A DNA stretch of 64,000 bases from Phycisphaerales bacterium. GTDB lineage: Bacteria; Planctomycetota; Phycisphaerae; Phycisphaerales; UBA1924. The notes under the pieces were generated by a model that ran no database searches, was not told where the DNA came from, and was given only the letters and a program-made list of their open reading frames with translations. The position numbers and the translations under genes are program-made. Positions 16,435 through 25,561 of the stretch are shown here, one piece after another (positions within the stretch are counted from its first letter, which is position 1; each line of letters begins with the position of its first letter). The stretch is from assembly GCA_038260025.1 (NCBI GenBank), contig JBBSOF010000012.1:7603-71602 (forward strand). Reading direction: 5' to 3'.

Positions 16435-18117
16435 GTGCCCAAACCCCGCGCCAAAACCGCCCCCAGCCCTGTCCGCACCGTCTCCTTCGTGAGCCTGGGT
16501 TGCCCCAAGAACCTCGTTGATTCCGAGAAGATGCTCGGGCTGCTGGCCGAGTCGGGGCTCGCGCCCGTTTCTCACGACCCCGAATCGGGGGGCTTCGGGG
16601 GTGCCGACGCGGTGGTGGTGAACACTTGCGGTTTCCTTGAGGCCTCGAAGGAAGAGTCCCTTGGGGTCATCATCGAAGCCGTGAAGGCCAAGGAACGCGG
16701 CGAGGTGCAGCGCGTGGTCGTCGCCGGCTGCCTGGTGCAGCGCCACCGCGCCAAGATGCTCGAGTGGGCCCCGGGCATCGACGCCATGATCGGCGTCTTT
16801 GACCGCGACAAGATCGTTGAGGCCGTCACCGGTGTCGCGCCCGACCGTCAAACGCTGGCCGAGGCCTCTGACGGACCAAAGTACTGGATCGCGGGCAACG
16901 CCTTGCAGGCTGCCAAGGCCCGAGGCATGGCCACCGCCGGCCTCACCGTCAACGGCAAGGATGGCAAGGGCCTGGGGTATTTTGAAGACGACTCCGCGCG
17001 GCTCCGCCTCACGCCCCGCCACTACGCCTACCTCCGCGTCAGCGAGGGGTGCAACCAGAACTGCGCGTTCTGCACCATCCCCTCAATCCGCGGCAAGATG
17101 CGCAGCAAGCCCCTCGACCGCATCGTGAGCGAGGCCCGCGAACTGCTCAACGATGGGGCGTTCGAGCTGCTGCTCATCGGGCAGGACACCACCAGCTACG
17201 GTGATGACATCGGCATCGGAATGACCCCTGTCTCCACCGGGGGGGCGGGCTTTCAGCCCGCCGCCAACTCTTCCGCCCCCGCCTCCATCGGCGGGCTGCC
17301 GATGCTCCTGCGGGCTCTCTCCGACACCGTCCGCGACACCACCGGCCAGGGCTGGCTGCGCTTGATGTACGCCTACCCCACCAACTTCGGCGAGCCGGTG
17401 ATCGATGCCTTCGCGGAACTGACGAAGAACGGCCACCTGCTGCCATACCTCGATATCCCGCTCCAGCACGCCTCCACGCGTGTGCTCAAGGCGATGCGGC
17501 GTCACGTCACGAGCGAGCAGCAGGAGCGGCTGATCGAGCGCCTGCGCGAGCATGTGCCGGGCATGGCGATCCGCACGACGTTTATCTCTGGCTTTCCCGG
17601 TGAGACCGAGGAAGACCATGAGGAGTTGCTCCGCTTCATCGAGCGGATGGAGTTTGAGGCTGTTGGCGTGTTTGAGTACAGCCACGAGCCGGGCACGGTG
17701 GCCGGCACCATGGAGGACGACCCCGCCCTTGCCGTGCCCGCCAAGGTCAAGAAGCGGCGGCGTGATGAGGTGATGGAGCTCCAGCAGCAGATCGCCTTCC
17801 GCCGTGCCGCGGCAATCGCCAGCATGTTCGACGAGAAGACCCGCAAGGGCGGGCAGCAGATAGATGTGATCATCGATGCCGCGCTGCGCGTGCAGGGCGA
17901 GAAGACCAGCGGCGTGGGCGCGGGCGGCAAGCTCTACCAGGGCCGCACCTACTTCCAGGCCCCGCAGATTGATGCCGTGACCTATGTGCAGAGCCGCGAG
18001 AAGCTGGCGGGTGGCGAGGTCGTCCGCTGCACGGTGGTCGGCAGCGATGGGTATGACCTGATCGCTCGGCCGACGGCGGAGCTGGAAAAGCGGACGACGC
18101 TCCGTGTACTGAAGTAG
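16435..18117 (+). CDS. rimO: ribosomal protein S12 methylthiotransferase RimO
   Basis: VSFVSLGCPKNLVDSE..VVVNTCGFLE (MTTase N-domain), radical-SAM CNQNCAFCTIP, and a C-terminal TRAM-like region. GTG 16435 chosen; the start is uncertain. Confidence 0.9.
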   Translation: MPKPRAKTAPSPVRTVSFVSLGCPKNLVDSEKMLGLLAESGLAPVSHDPESGGFGGADAVVVNTCGFLEASKEESLGVIIEAVKAKERGEVQRVVVAGCLVQRHRAKMLEWAPGIDAMIGVFDRDKIVEAVTGVAPDRQTLAEASDGPKYWIAGNALQAAKARGMATAGLTVNGKDGKGLGYFEDDSARLRLTPRHYAYLRVSEGCNQNCAFCTIPSIRGKMRSKPLDRIVSEARELLNDGAFELLLIGQDTTSYGDDIGIGMTPVSTGGAGFQPAANSSAPASIGGLPMLLRALSDTVRDTTGQGWLRLMYAYPTNFGEPVIDAFAELTKNGHLLPYLDIPLQHASTRVLKAMRRHVTSEQQERLIERLREHVPGMAIRTTFISGFPGETEEDHEELLRFIERMEFEAVGVFEYSHEPGTVAGTMEDDPALAVPAKVKKRRRDEVMELQQQIAFRRAAAIASMFDEKTRKGGQQIDVIIDAALRVQGEKTSGVGAGGKLYQGRTYFQAPQIDAVTYVQSREKLAGGEVVRCTVVGSDGYDLIARPTAELEKRTTLRVLK

Positions 18118-18140
18118 ACGTATTGCCGATTCAAGCGTGG

Positions 18141-18533
18141 TCAGCCGGACGTGTCCGCGGCACCACTCTCCGGTGGGAGGCCTGATTCGTTGGAATCGAT
18201 GCCGCACTCCGGGCAGCGTCCGCTGGACCCTTTGAGGTCGTAGTCGCACGTGGCGCAGCGGCCCAGCGACTGGCGCAGGCAATACCGCACGAGTCGTGGC
18301 GCTCCCGCGACGAGATACACGCCAAACCCGACGCCCGCAATCAGGCCCAGGCAGCTGCCTGCTGCCGCGATGAAGTAGTACTGGTTCCACGAACTGGAAA
18401 TTGTCACCCGCATATTGGGATCAACAAACATCCCGAGGATCGCAACAATTTCGCTCAGGCGAGGCAGGTTCAGCCCGACCACCAAGAGGCCCACGCCACG
18501 GACGAGCAAGGTAAAGGAACGCGCGTTGGTCAT
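18141..18533 (-). CDS. small membrane protein with C-terminal CxxC...CPECG zinc-ribbon
   Basis: MTNARSFTLLVRGVGLLVVGL.. plus a second TM segment, then CATCDYDLKGSSGRCPECG. Its ATG overlaps the stop of the upstream ORF (ATGA at 18530-18533). Confidence 0.55.
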   Translation of the reverse strand: MTNARSFTLLVRGVGLLVVGLNLPRLSEIVAILGMFVDPNMRVTISSSWNQYYFIAAAGSCLGLIAGVGFGVYLVAGAPRLVRYCLRQSLGRCATCDYDLKGSSGRCPECGIDSNESGLPPESGAADTSG

Positions 18534-18880
18534 TGTGTTACCCATCGGCGAAGCGCCCACCGGGGCGGCGGCTGACGCAGCATGAGGAATCCGGCGATAC
18601 AAGCCACGGTCGGGAAGGCAAAGCGGGCGAGCCATTCGATCAGTGCTCCCGCAGTAACAGAGCGGGTAAGGAGCAGCGGCATATCGGCGAACCCTGCGGA
18701 GCCGAGCGGCGAATCGTATGAAAAATTCATCGCATAGCCGACGATGACACACAGGCCTTGTACAGCCGGGAAAACAAACGACCCGAGGAGTGCCACGCCC
18801 AGCGCCGACCAGCCCAGTGCAAACCGGCGCTGCGGGTCGTACGAGATCGCACGGGACGGGGGGGTCAGGCTCACACCCAC
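18530..18880 (-). CDS. small multi-pass membrane protein, unknown function
   Basis: 116-aa ORF with ~3 hydrophobic segments (WSALGVALLGSFVFPAV, LCVIVGYAM, FAFPTVACIAGFLML). The alternative 249-aa frame has a non-protein-like Arg/Cys/Pro composition upstream. Confidence 0.45.
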   Translation of the reverse strand: MGVSLTPPSRAISYDPQRRFALGWSALGVALLGSFVFPAVQGLCVIVGYAMNFSYDSPLGSAGFADMPLLLTRSVTAGALIEWLARFAFPTVACIAGFLMLRQPPPRWALRRWVTQ

Positions 18881-20421
18881 CCCTCCTCAAACCGCATGCC
18901 CTCGCTGACCGTTGCCGCAGGGCCCGATTCGATCATCCCCGCCACCGGCATGGCGCAGTAGTCAACGCTGAAAGCCCCCGCAGGCCGGTGGTTGCCCGAC
19001 AGGCCCAAGCCGCCAAATGGCAGTTTGCTGCTCGCCCCCGCCGTGCCGGTGTTGATGTTAATGCACCCGGCACGAAGGCGGGCCTGCATGCGCTCCGCGA
19101 CATCGGCGTCCTTGGTGAACACGCTCGCGGCAAGCCCGAACCGCGTCGCGTTCGCCTGCTCAACCGCTTCGTCCTCATTCGCCACGATGCTGATGCGCAG
19201 GAGCGGGCCAAAGACCTCGACATCCGCCCCGGCGTGTGCGGCAAGATCGCTGTCGCGCGTGAAGCGTTCCACGCGGATGACCCCCGGCGACACATACCAG
19301 CCGCCCTGCGCGGCGTCCCGCCCCGCCGCCGTAGCCTGCACCAGCGCTTCGCCGCCGCCCCGCAGCATCGCATCCTGCGCATCGAGTATGTCTTTTCGTG
19401 CCTGTTCGGAGATGACTGGTCCCATGAACACCGGGTGCTTGGAGCGGGGGTCGCCAATGATCAGGGCGCTTGCCGCGCGGCAGACGGCCGGGATCACCCG
19501 CCCTGCCACAGCCTCGTGCACGATCAGCCTTCTTGTGCATGTGCAGCGCTGCCCGGCGGTGATGAACGCGCACCGCACGCACTCGATCACGGCCTGACGC
19601 AGGTCGGCATCGGGCATGATGATGGCGGGGTTGCTGCCACCCATCTCCAGGGCCAGAATACGGCCCGGCGAGTCGAGATTGGATTCCATGATCCGCCGAC
19701 CAACCGGCCACGAACCCGTGAACAGCACACCATCAATCGAAGGGTGCGATGCGAGCGATGCCGCAATCCGGCCCCCGCCCTGCACCACGTTGAAGACCCC
19801 CGCCGGGGCCTGAGAATCTTCCAGAGCCTCCGCGAAAAACTCCGCCAGCAGCTGGCCGCAGGCGGGGGCCTTGTCGCTGGGCTTGAAGACGACCGTGTTG
19901 CCCATCGCCAGCGCGGGCACGAGGTGCCCGTTGGGAAGGTGCGCGGGGAAGTTGAACGGACCCAGCACGGCCATCACGCCGTGGGGGCGGAACCACGCGC
20001 GGCCCATCCGCGTGGGCTGGGCTGCGCCCAGCGGAACGTCATACCCCAGCACCCGTCGCAGCGATCCATCTGGGTCGAGGGTGATATCGACCTTCGCGCC
20101 CAGCAGGCCCGCCTCGGCCTTTGCATCCCACAGCGGCTTGCCAACCTCATCGCGGATGAGCGCTGCCATCTCGTCCATTCGGCGGGCCGCGACCTGTGCG
20201 AACCGGCGGAGCACGCCCGCGCGCCGCTCGAGCCCCCACGCGGCCCATTCCTGCGCCGCGCCACGCGCGGCTGCAACCGCCGCTTCAACGTGCCCCGCGT
20301 TGGGAGTCCCCTCCCACACGACCTCTTCGGGGTGCGCGGGGTTTTCGGAGCGGATGTGCCCCTCGCCCCCTGGACCCAGCGCGATCCACTGTCCGCCGAT
20401 GTAGTCCGCGGGTGGGCGCAC
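18871..20421 (-). CDS. astD: N-succinylglutamate 5-semialdehyde dehydrogenase-like aldehyde dehydrogenase
   Basis: GPFNFPAHLPNGHLVPALAMGNTVVFKPS, LALEMGGSNP, ITAGQRCTCTRRL and PFGGLGLSGNHRPAGAFSVDYCAMP closely parallel E. coli AstD motifs as I recall them. Confidence 0.85.
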   Translation of the reverse strand: MRPPADYIGGQWIALGPGGEGHIRSENPAHPEEVVWEGTPNAGHVEAAVAAARGAAQEWAAWGLERRAGVLRRFAQVAARRMDEMAALIRDEVGKPLWDAKAEAGLLGAKVDITLDPDGSLRRVLGYDVPLGAAQPTRMGRAWFRPHGVMAVLGPFNFPAHLPNGHLVPALAMGNTVVFKPSDKAPACGQLLAEFFAEALEDSQAPAGVFNVVQGGGRIAASLASHPSIDGVLFTGSWPVGRRIMESNLDSPGRILALEMGGSNPAIIMPDADLRQAVIECVRCAFITAGQRCTCTRRLIVHEAVAGRVIPAVCRAASALIIGDPRSKHPVFMGPVISEQARKDILDAQDAMLRGGGEALVQATAAGRDAAQGGWYVSPGVIRVERFTRDSDLAAHAGADVEVFGPLLRISIVANEDEAVEQANATRFGLAASVFTKDADVAERMQARLRAGCININTGTAGASSKLPFGGLGLSGNHRPAGAFSVDYCAMPVAGMIESGPAATVSEGMRFEEGWV

Positions 20422-21747
20422 TTACGAGCCCTTCTTTCCCGAGCCCGTCTTCTTGCTCTTGGTTGTGCGGCTGCGCGTCGATGGCGCGGCAGGCCGCTTC
20501 TTCATGCCCGTTCCCCGGGCGCTGCGCCCGCGCGAAGGCCCGAGTCGCTCATCCCCTGTGGAAGCGCCCGAGCCCTGGGGTGCGCGGTCATCGTCCTTGC
20601 GCACCCACGCCTGCATGAGCGTCAACCCGACAGCCGTCCCCTCGTCGGCCATCAGCGAATCCATCACGCGCCGCGGCACCCGCACGACCTCTTCATCGTC
20701 ATCATCGACCAGTGTTTCAACAGCGCGGAACTCGCCTTCGGGCGACATCGCGCTGAGCATCACTGGCGTGGTGCAGCGGTCTTCGCTTGCCGCGCGGCCG
20801 AGTTTCGCACGGCGCGTGTCGCGGACGAGCGACACATCCGCCGCCGCCGCTTCGAGATGGGGGCCGGTGTCGAAAGGGTCCACGATGCCTTTGTACGCGA
20901 AGCCCAGGCTCTCAAGCAGCCGGCGTGCAGGAACCGTTTCTTTGGAGACCGCGCCGACCTGGTTCTGCACTTCCAGAGGCAGCAGCGAGAGGTAGATCTC
21001 CTCCTTGGGCAGCAGCTCCGAGATAAAAGCCCTGTTGTGCTGGCAGAAGCGGTCTGCCTCGGCGTACTTCACGGGGATGAACTTGCGCCCGAAGGCGTCC
21101 CAGAACAGGTTCTCGCCGTCTGCCGTCACCGGGGGCGCCATCTCCGCGATGATCCGCGCCGAGAACAACTCGCGGAACAGCCCCATGAAGTGAAACCGCA
21201 CAAACGAGAGGAACCGTCCCGGCCTTCCCTTATGGCCGCGATGACTCGGTGTCAGGATCAGCCCGCCGATCTCCGTCGGTCCCGTTTCATCGCCGTGGAG
21301 TTGCCCCACCTTGTGCGTGGTGCCCCACCCCAGTTGCTCGCTGCGGAATGTCTTCTCGGTGATTTTGAAGCCCCAGTTGGGGTTGCCCGGGCCGCCCATC
21401 CGTGCCCGCACCTGGCTCGTGCCCAGGATTCCACCGCTCTCCCCATCAAGGATCGTGAACATGAACAGGTCCGAGTCCTGCTCCATGCTCGACATCCCGG
21501 CGTTGCGCCCGCGCTGGCGCGAATCGCGCTTCGCATCCCGCTCGGGCCGCACGCTCTTGCCCGCCGTCGTCGCCACCCGCTCGAAGCACCGCTGGCTGTG
21601 CTGGATCTTTTCCAGGATCAGCCGCTCATCCGGCGGCAGGTTGATGAAGTACACCATCCGCGCCAGCTTCTGCAGCGTCGCGGCATCTTCCGGCTTCGAT
21701 TGACGGATTACGAACACAAATATCCCCTTTGGCGTCCGCCTGTGCAT
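20422..21747 (-). CDS. astA: arginine N-succinyltransferase family protein with basic C-terminal tail
   Basis: IGGLILTPSHRGHKGRPGRFLSFVRFHFM..AEM..GENLFWDAFGRKFIPVKYAEADRF..FISELLPKEEIY..VDPFDTGPHLE fit the AstA family. Ends in a Lys/Ser-rich tail. Start trimmed to MHRRTPKG. Confidence 0.8.
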   Translation of the reverse strand: MHRRTPKGIFVFVIRQSKPEDAATLQKLARMVYFINLPPDERLILEKIQHSQRCFERVATTAGKSVRPERDAKRDSRQRGRNAGMSSMEQDSDLFMFTILDGESGGILGTSQVRARMGGPGNPNWGFKITEKTFRSEQLGWGTTHKVGQLHGDETGPTEIGGLILTPSHRGHKGRPGRFLSFVRFHFMGLFRELFSARIIAEMAPPVTADGENLFWDAFGRKFIPVKYAEADRFCQHNRAFISELLPKEEIYLSLLPLEVQNQVGAVSKETVPARRLLESLGFAYKGIVDPFDTGPHLEAAAADVSLVRDTRRAKLGRAASEDRCTTPVMLSAMSPEGEFRAVETLVDDDDEEVVRVPRRVMDSLMADEGTAVGLTLMQAWVRKDDDRAPQGSGASTGDERLGPSRGRSARGTGMKKRPAAPSTRSRTTKSKKTGSGKKGS

Positions 21748-21818
21748 CCTTGCGGCCAATGGTACGTCTCCACGCCAAACCGCCCCGACCCACCCCAAAC
21801 ACCCACTAAACTGCCCCA

Positions 21819-23615
21819 ATGGCCTTACCCGCGGCACACTCCCGTTTCCGCCTTGCCGCGGCTGCGATGTTCGTAGTCACATTCCTGGCCCATGCCCGGT
21901 CAATCCCTTACCCCTTCAGCGACTTCGATGACTTCGGTTTCGTGCTCCAGGTCGAAGGCTACCGCGGGCTCGCGCCGGACAACATCGCCTGGGACTTCAG
22001 CCACTTCAACCTCGGCCACTACCAGCCCCTCACCTACCTCAGTTACGGCTTGGATTACGCGCTGTGGGGCCTCAGCGCCCCGGCTATGCACACCACCAAC
22101 ATCCTGCTGCATGCGATCAACGCCGTGCTCGTGTTGTGGCTGGCGGCGATCATTTTCGCGAAGGCCGGTGCGGCTTCGGAAAAAACCTCAACACTGCTCG
22201 CGGCGGCGGCCGCGGCGTTGTTCTTTGGGCTCCACCCGCTGCGGGTGGAGTCGGTCGCGTGGATCACGGAGCGCCGTGATGTGCTCAGCGGGCTGTTCCT
22301 CTTCCTCACCGCCATCTTCTACCTCCGCGCTCACACCCCCGGCGAAACCACCATCGCCCGTCCGCGCCTGTACTGGCTGGCAGTCGCGCTGCTCCTCCTC
22401 TCGCTGCTGAGCAAGGCGTGGGGCATGACTTTCTTTGTGGTGGCGATGGTGCTGGATGTCTACCCGTTGCGGCGCCTCTCACCCATCCCCTGGCAGTGGC
22501 GAGCGCCTGCGCTGCGCGTGCTCGCGGAGAAAATCCCGTTCGCCATCCTGGGGCTGGTGTTCGCGGTCGTCGCCTCACTCGCCCAATCACACGACACCGG
22601 CACCGTCAAAACCCTCGCGGAGTGGGGGGTTGTCGAGCGGCTGGTGCAGGCCTCGTACGGCCTTTTCTTCTACCTGGAAAAAACGCTCATCCCCACTGGG
22701 CTGGCGGCGCTGTACGAACTGCCCCTCAGCATCAATCCCGCCGAGCCGCGATTCATCGCGGCGTATATCGCCCTTGCGCTGCTCACCGTTGCACTGTTCG
22801 TTGCGCGTCGCCGCACCGGCCTTCTCGCGGCAGTCGTGTGCTACCTCATCGTGGTTTCTCCTGTGCTGGGCCTCTTCCAGAGCGGCATCCAGATCGTCGC
22901 CGACCGCTACTCCTACCTCGCCTGCGTCCCCTGGGTCATCGCGGCGGGCTGGTTGTGCGGGCAACTCTTTGATAGCAGCCACTCCGCTTCACGGCGGCGC
23001 GGGGTCATCGCTGGGGTGGCGCTCGTGTCGGGCCTTCTCATCGCGGCAACCTGGCAGCAGACGGGGTTCTGGAGTACCACAGAGGCGACGTTCCGCCGTG
23101 CCCTCGATACCGGCTCCGATGGCCCTCTCGTCCGTCGCTATCTCGGCAAGCAGATCGAGCAACGGGGCGACCGCGCTGGCGCGCTCGCGCAGTACGACAT
23201 CTCGGTCAAGCTCGATCCGGCGGCTGGTGAATCCTGGCTGGCCATCGGCAACGTCCAGCGCGATGCGGGCAATCTAACCGCCTCTGCCGCAGCGTACCGC
23301 CGCGCCATCGAAACGCTCCGCAACCCATGGGAGGCGTACGTCGGCCTCGGCCTCATCGCCATGCGCACTGAGAACCTTCCCGACGCGGCAGCCGCCTTCC
23401 GCGCCGCCATCACGCAGGTCGAGCGGGCCGACCAGCCCCCGCAACTCCCAGGCGGTGGGGGCCTGCCATATCTGCTCCTCGCGGGTGTGCTGGACATGTC
23501 CGGCGACCGCGCTGGCAGCCGCGACATGCTCCGCCGGGCGGCGGCGTACCCACGGGTCCGCGAACAGGCCCTCGCGCTGCTGGCGGACATGGACGCGGAA
23601 GACCGCGGCCGCTGA
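21819..23615 (+). CDS. GT-C type (PMT_2/TMTC-like) membrane glycosyltransferase with C-terminal TPR repeats
   Basis: FDDFGFVLQ..HYQPLTYLSYGLDYALWG..HTTNILLHAINAVLV and ~10 TM segments, then TPR-like repeats (ALAQYDISVKLDPAAGESWLAIGNV..). Confidence 0.75.
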   Translation: MALPAAHSRFRLAAAAMFVVTFLAHARSIPYPFSDFDDFGFVLQVEGYRGLAPDNIAWDFSHFNLGHYQPLTYLSYGLDYALWGLSAPAMHTTNILLHAINAVLVLWLAAIIFAKAGAASEKTSTLLAAAAAALFFGLHPLRVESVAWITERRDVLSGLFLFLTAIFYLRAHTPGETTIARPRLYWLAVALLLLSLLSKAWGMTFFVVAMVLDVYPLRRLSPIPWQWRAPALRVLAEKIPFAILGLVFAVVASLAQSHDTGTVKTLAEWGVVERLVQASYGLFFYLEKTLIPTGLAALYELPLSINPAEPRFIAAYIALALLTVALFVARRRTGLLAAVVCYLIVVSPVLGLFQSGIQIVADRYSYLACVPWVIAAGWLCGQLFDSSHSASRRRGVIAGVALVSGLLIAATWQQTGFWSTTEATFRRALDTGSDGPLVRRYLGKQIEQRGDRAGALAQYDISVKLDPAAGESWLAIGNVQRDAGNLTASAAAYRRAIETLRNPWEAYVGLGLIAMRTENLPDAAAAFRAAITQVERADQPPQLPGGGGLPYLLLAGVLDMSGDRAGSRDMLRRAAAYPRVREQALALLADMDAEDRGR

Positions 23616-23684
23616 TCGCCAACACCGCGATCATTGCCCATCCTCAATCCCCTGCGGTCCCAGCGTGTTACCATCAACCCGCAC

Positions 23685-24581
23685 ATGGCCAAAGCAATCT
23701 TGAAATGGGCGTTGATTGTCGGCTGCCTTCTGGCGGTCGGCCCGCTGATGGCACGCCTCCTGATGGACCTGCGGGACCCCGATGGTGGGCGCGCCGTCAC
23801 GCTCTTCATCAACGCGAGCACATCTCGCGCCGCGATGTACGCCCTGGCGGTGCTGGCGGCCGCGTTTGGTGTCGGTGTCGTTGGCACCCGCTTCTTCTCG
23901 CTCAGCACGGGCATGATGTGCGCGGGCGTGGTGCTGGCATGGGCTTCATCTTCGCTCGGCACCCTTGAAGAGATCGTCCGCCGTACCGGCGACGGCAAGA
24001 CCCTGCCCGTGCTGGCGGTTGAGGGCCTGTTTGTGACAGGCGTGGGTGCCTTGATGGCGTGGACATTCACGCGCGTTGCAGCCCGCGTGGCGCGGCGGAG
24101 CGCCGTGGTGGAGGGTGGGCTGCCCATCCGGGCTGCCGCGGGATGGATGGGTGCGATCGCGGTGGGTGATGCGGACCCGCGCGATCACGCGCCCGCACTT
24201 GCCGCCGCGGCGCTGGGCGCAGGCGTCTTTGTCGCATTGATCTTCGTGTGGCTGCTGGCCCTCAGCGGCGGGCAGATGCAGACGCTTGCTGCCGCGACGG
24301 CGGGGGCGATTGCCGCCGGCGCGGTCGTGCAGTTGATGTCCGCTTCGCGGCCTTTCGCCTTCACGCCTGTCCTGCCCATCTTCGCCCTCGCGATTGTGGC
24401 GCTCCTGGGCCCGTTCATCACCAAGTTTGTCGAGGGCTCGCACCTGCTGGCCCATGTCTACGACGGGACGGTGCTGAACATCGCCCGCCCGCTCTCCTTG
24501 GACTGGGCCGCCGGTGCCCTGCTGGGTGTTCCGCTGGGGATGAGCTGGGGCGGCGCAGGCAGCGCCCGCCGTACGGCGTAG
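23685..24581 (+). CDS. multi-pass membrane protein, unknown function
   Basis: Trimmed to MAKAILKWALIVGCLL. About 8 hydrophobic segments and no recognisable motif. Confidence 0.5.
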   Translation: MAKAILKWALIVGCLLAVGPLMARLLMDLRDPDGGRAVTLFINASTSRAAMYALAVLAAAFGVGVVGTRFFSLSTGMMCAGVVLAWASSSLGTLEEIVRRTGDGKTLPVLAVEGLFVTGVGALMAWTFTRVAARVARRSAVVEGGLPIRAAAGWMGAIAVGDADPRDHAPALAAAALGAGVFVALIFVWLLALSGGQMQTLAAATAGAIAAGAVVQLMSASRPFAFTPVLPIFALAIVALLGPFITKFVEGSHLLAHVYDGTVLNIARPLSLDWAAGALLGVPLGMSWGGAGSARRTA

Positions 24582-24620
24582 GCGGCCCGGGCCACATGCC
24601 CGCCCCTATGCTCCGCAGCA

Positions 24621-25457
24621 ATGACCAACGACAACCCAGATACCCCGATGCCCGATGTGCAGGCCACCGCGGATGAGCGTCAGATCGCCATCGACCGCGT
24701 GGGCGTGAAGGACATCACCTACCCGATCCGTCTGCGCACGCCCGGGGGCGGCGACCAGACCACCGTGGCAAGCATCAACATGTACGTCGCCCTGCCGCAC
24801 TACCAGAAGGGCACGCACATGTCTCGCTTCCTGGAGGTGCTCAACGAGCAGACGAGCGAGCCTGTCACGCCCGACCGCATCCCGATGATCACGCGGGCCA
24901 TCTGCGAGCGGCTCGACGCGGAGATCGCGCACTTTGAGTGCGAGTTCACGTACTTCATCAAGAAGCTCGCGCCCGTGACGAAGATGCCGGGGCTGATGGA
25001 TTACCGAGTGCGGTTTGAGTGCACCGCCAATGGCGAGGAAGACTTCGTCATGTCCGTCGCGGCACCGGCCGCCAGCCTGTGCCCGTGCAGCAAGGAGATC
25101 AGCCAGTACGGCGCCCACAACCAGCGCTGCCGCATCGAGGCCAAGGTCCGCTTCAACGGCATGCTGTGGATTGAGGAGCTGGTAAAACTGCTTGAAGATG
25201 CGGCAAGCTGCCCCGTCTTCGCCGTTCTCAAGCGGCCCGATGAGCGTTTCGTCACCGAGCACGCCTTCGACAACCCCAAGTTCGTCGAAGACATTGTCCG
25301 CGACCTTGCGGTGTCGCTGGAGCGTGACCCCCGCATCACCTGGTACTCGATCAACTCGGAGAACTTCGAGTCGATCCATAATCACAACGCGTATGCGCAG
25401 ATCACTCGGTCCAAACTCCCCGTCCCCGAGGGAGGGGGCCGGGGGGTGGGTTTGTGA
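24621..25457 (+). CDS. folE2: GTP cyclohydrolase FolE2 (type IB)
   Basis: IDRVGVKDITYPI..YVALPHYQKGTHMSRF..CPCSKEISQYGAHNQR..AVLKRPDERFVTEHAFDNPKFVEDIVRD..ENFESIHNHNAYA. Confidence 0.9.
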   Translation: MTNDNPDTPMPDVQATADERQIAIDRVGVKDITYPIRLRTPGGGDQTTVASINMYVALPHYQKGTHMSRFLEVLNEQTSEPVTPDRIPMITRAICERLDAEIAHFECEFTYFIKKLAPVTKMPGLMDYRVRFECTANGEEDFVMSVAAPAASLCPCSKEISQYGAHNQRCRIEAKVRFNGMLWIEELVKLLEDAASCPVFAVLKRPDERFVTEHAFDNPKFVEDIVRDLAVSLERDPRITWYSINSENFESIHNHNAYAQITRSKLPVPEGGGRGVGL

Positions 25458-25504
25458 GCGAGTGACCGCCTGATTCCGCTCCGAACTCTGCCAAAGTAGA
25501 AATC

Positions 25505-25536
25505 CAAAAACAAAGCCGGCCGTCTCTCGACGGCCC
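25505..25536 (-). terminator. hairpin terminator (mainly for minus-strand 25562 gene; possibly bidirectional)
   Basis: GGCCGTC-tctc-GACGGCC stem-loop (25518-25535). On the minus strand it is followed by TTTGTTTTTGG. Confidence 0.5.
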
Positions 25537-25561
25537 GCTTCTTCATTGAATGATCAGCGTC

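Noticed and set aside
15586-18390. 478-aa and 435-aa minus-strand ORFs (15586..17022, 17083..18390)
   Set aside because: They are antisense to the MATE and rimO genes, with no motifs and His/Arg/Gly-rich composition.
18790-21876. 1028-aa ORF on the plus strand
   Set aside because: It is antisense to the well-supported astD-like and astA-like genes. Its translation is Arg/Pro/His/Gly-rich low-complexity with no motifs, the typical shadow ORF of a high-GC3 region.
25400-25457. FolE2 C-terminal tail KLPVPEGGGRGVGL as a read-through into a REP-like GC-rich element
   Set aside because: The DNA there does not form a clean palindrome and I found no second copy in the window. I left it as part of the CDS.
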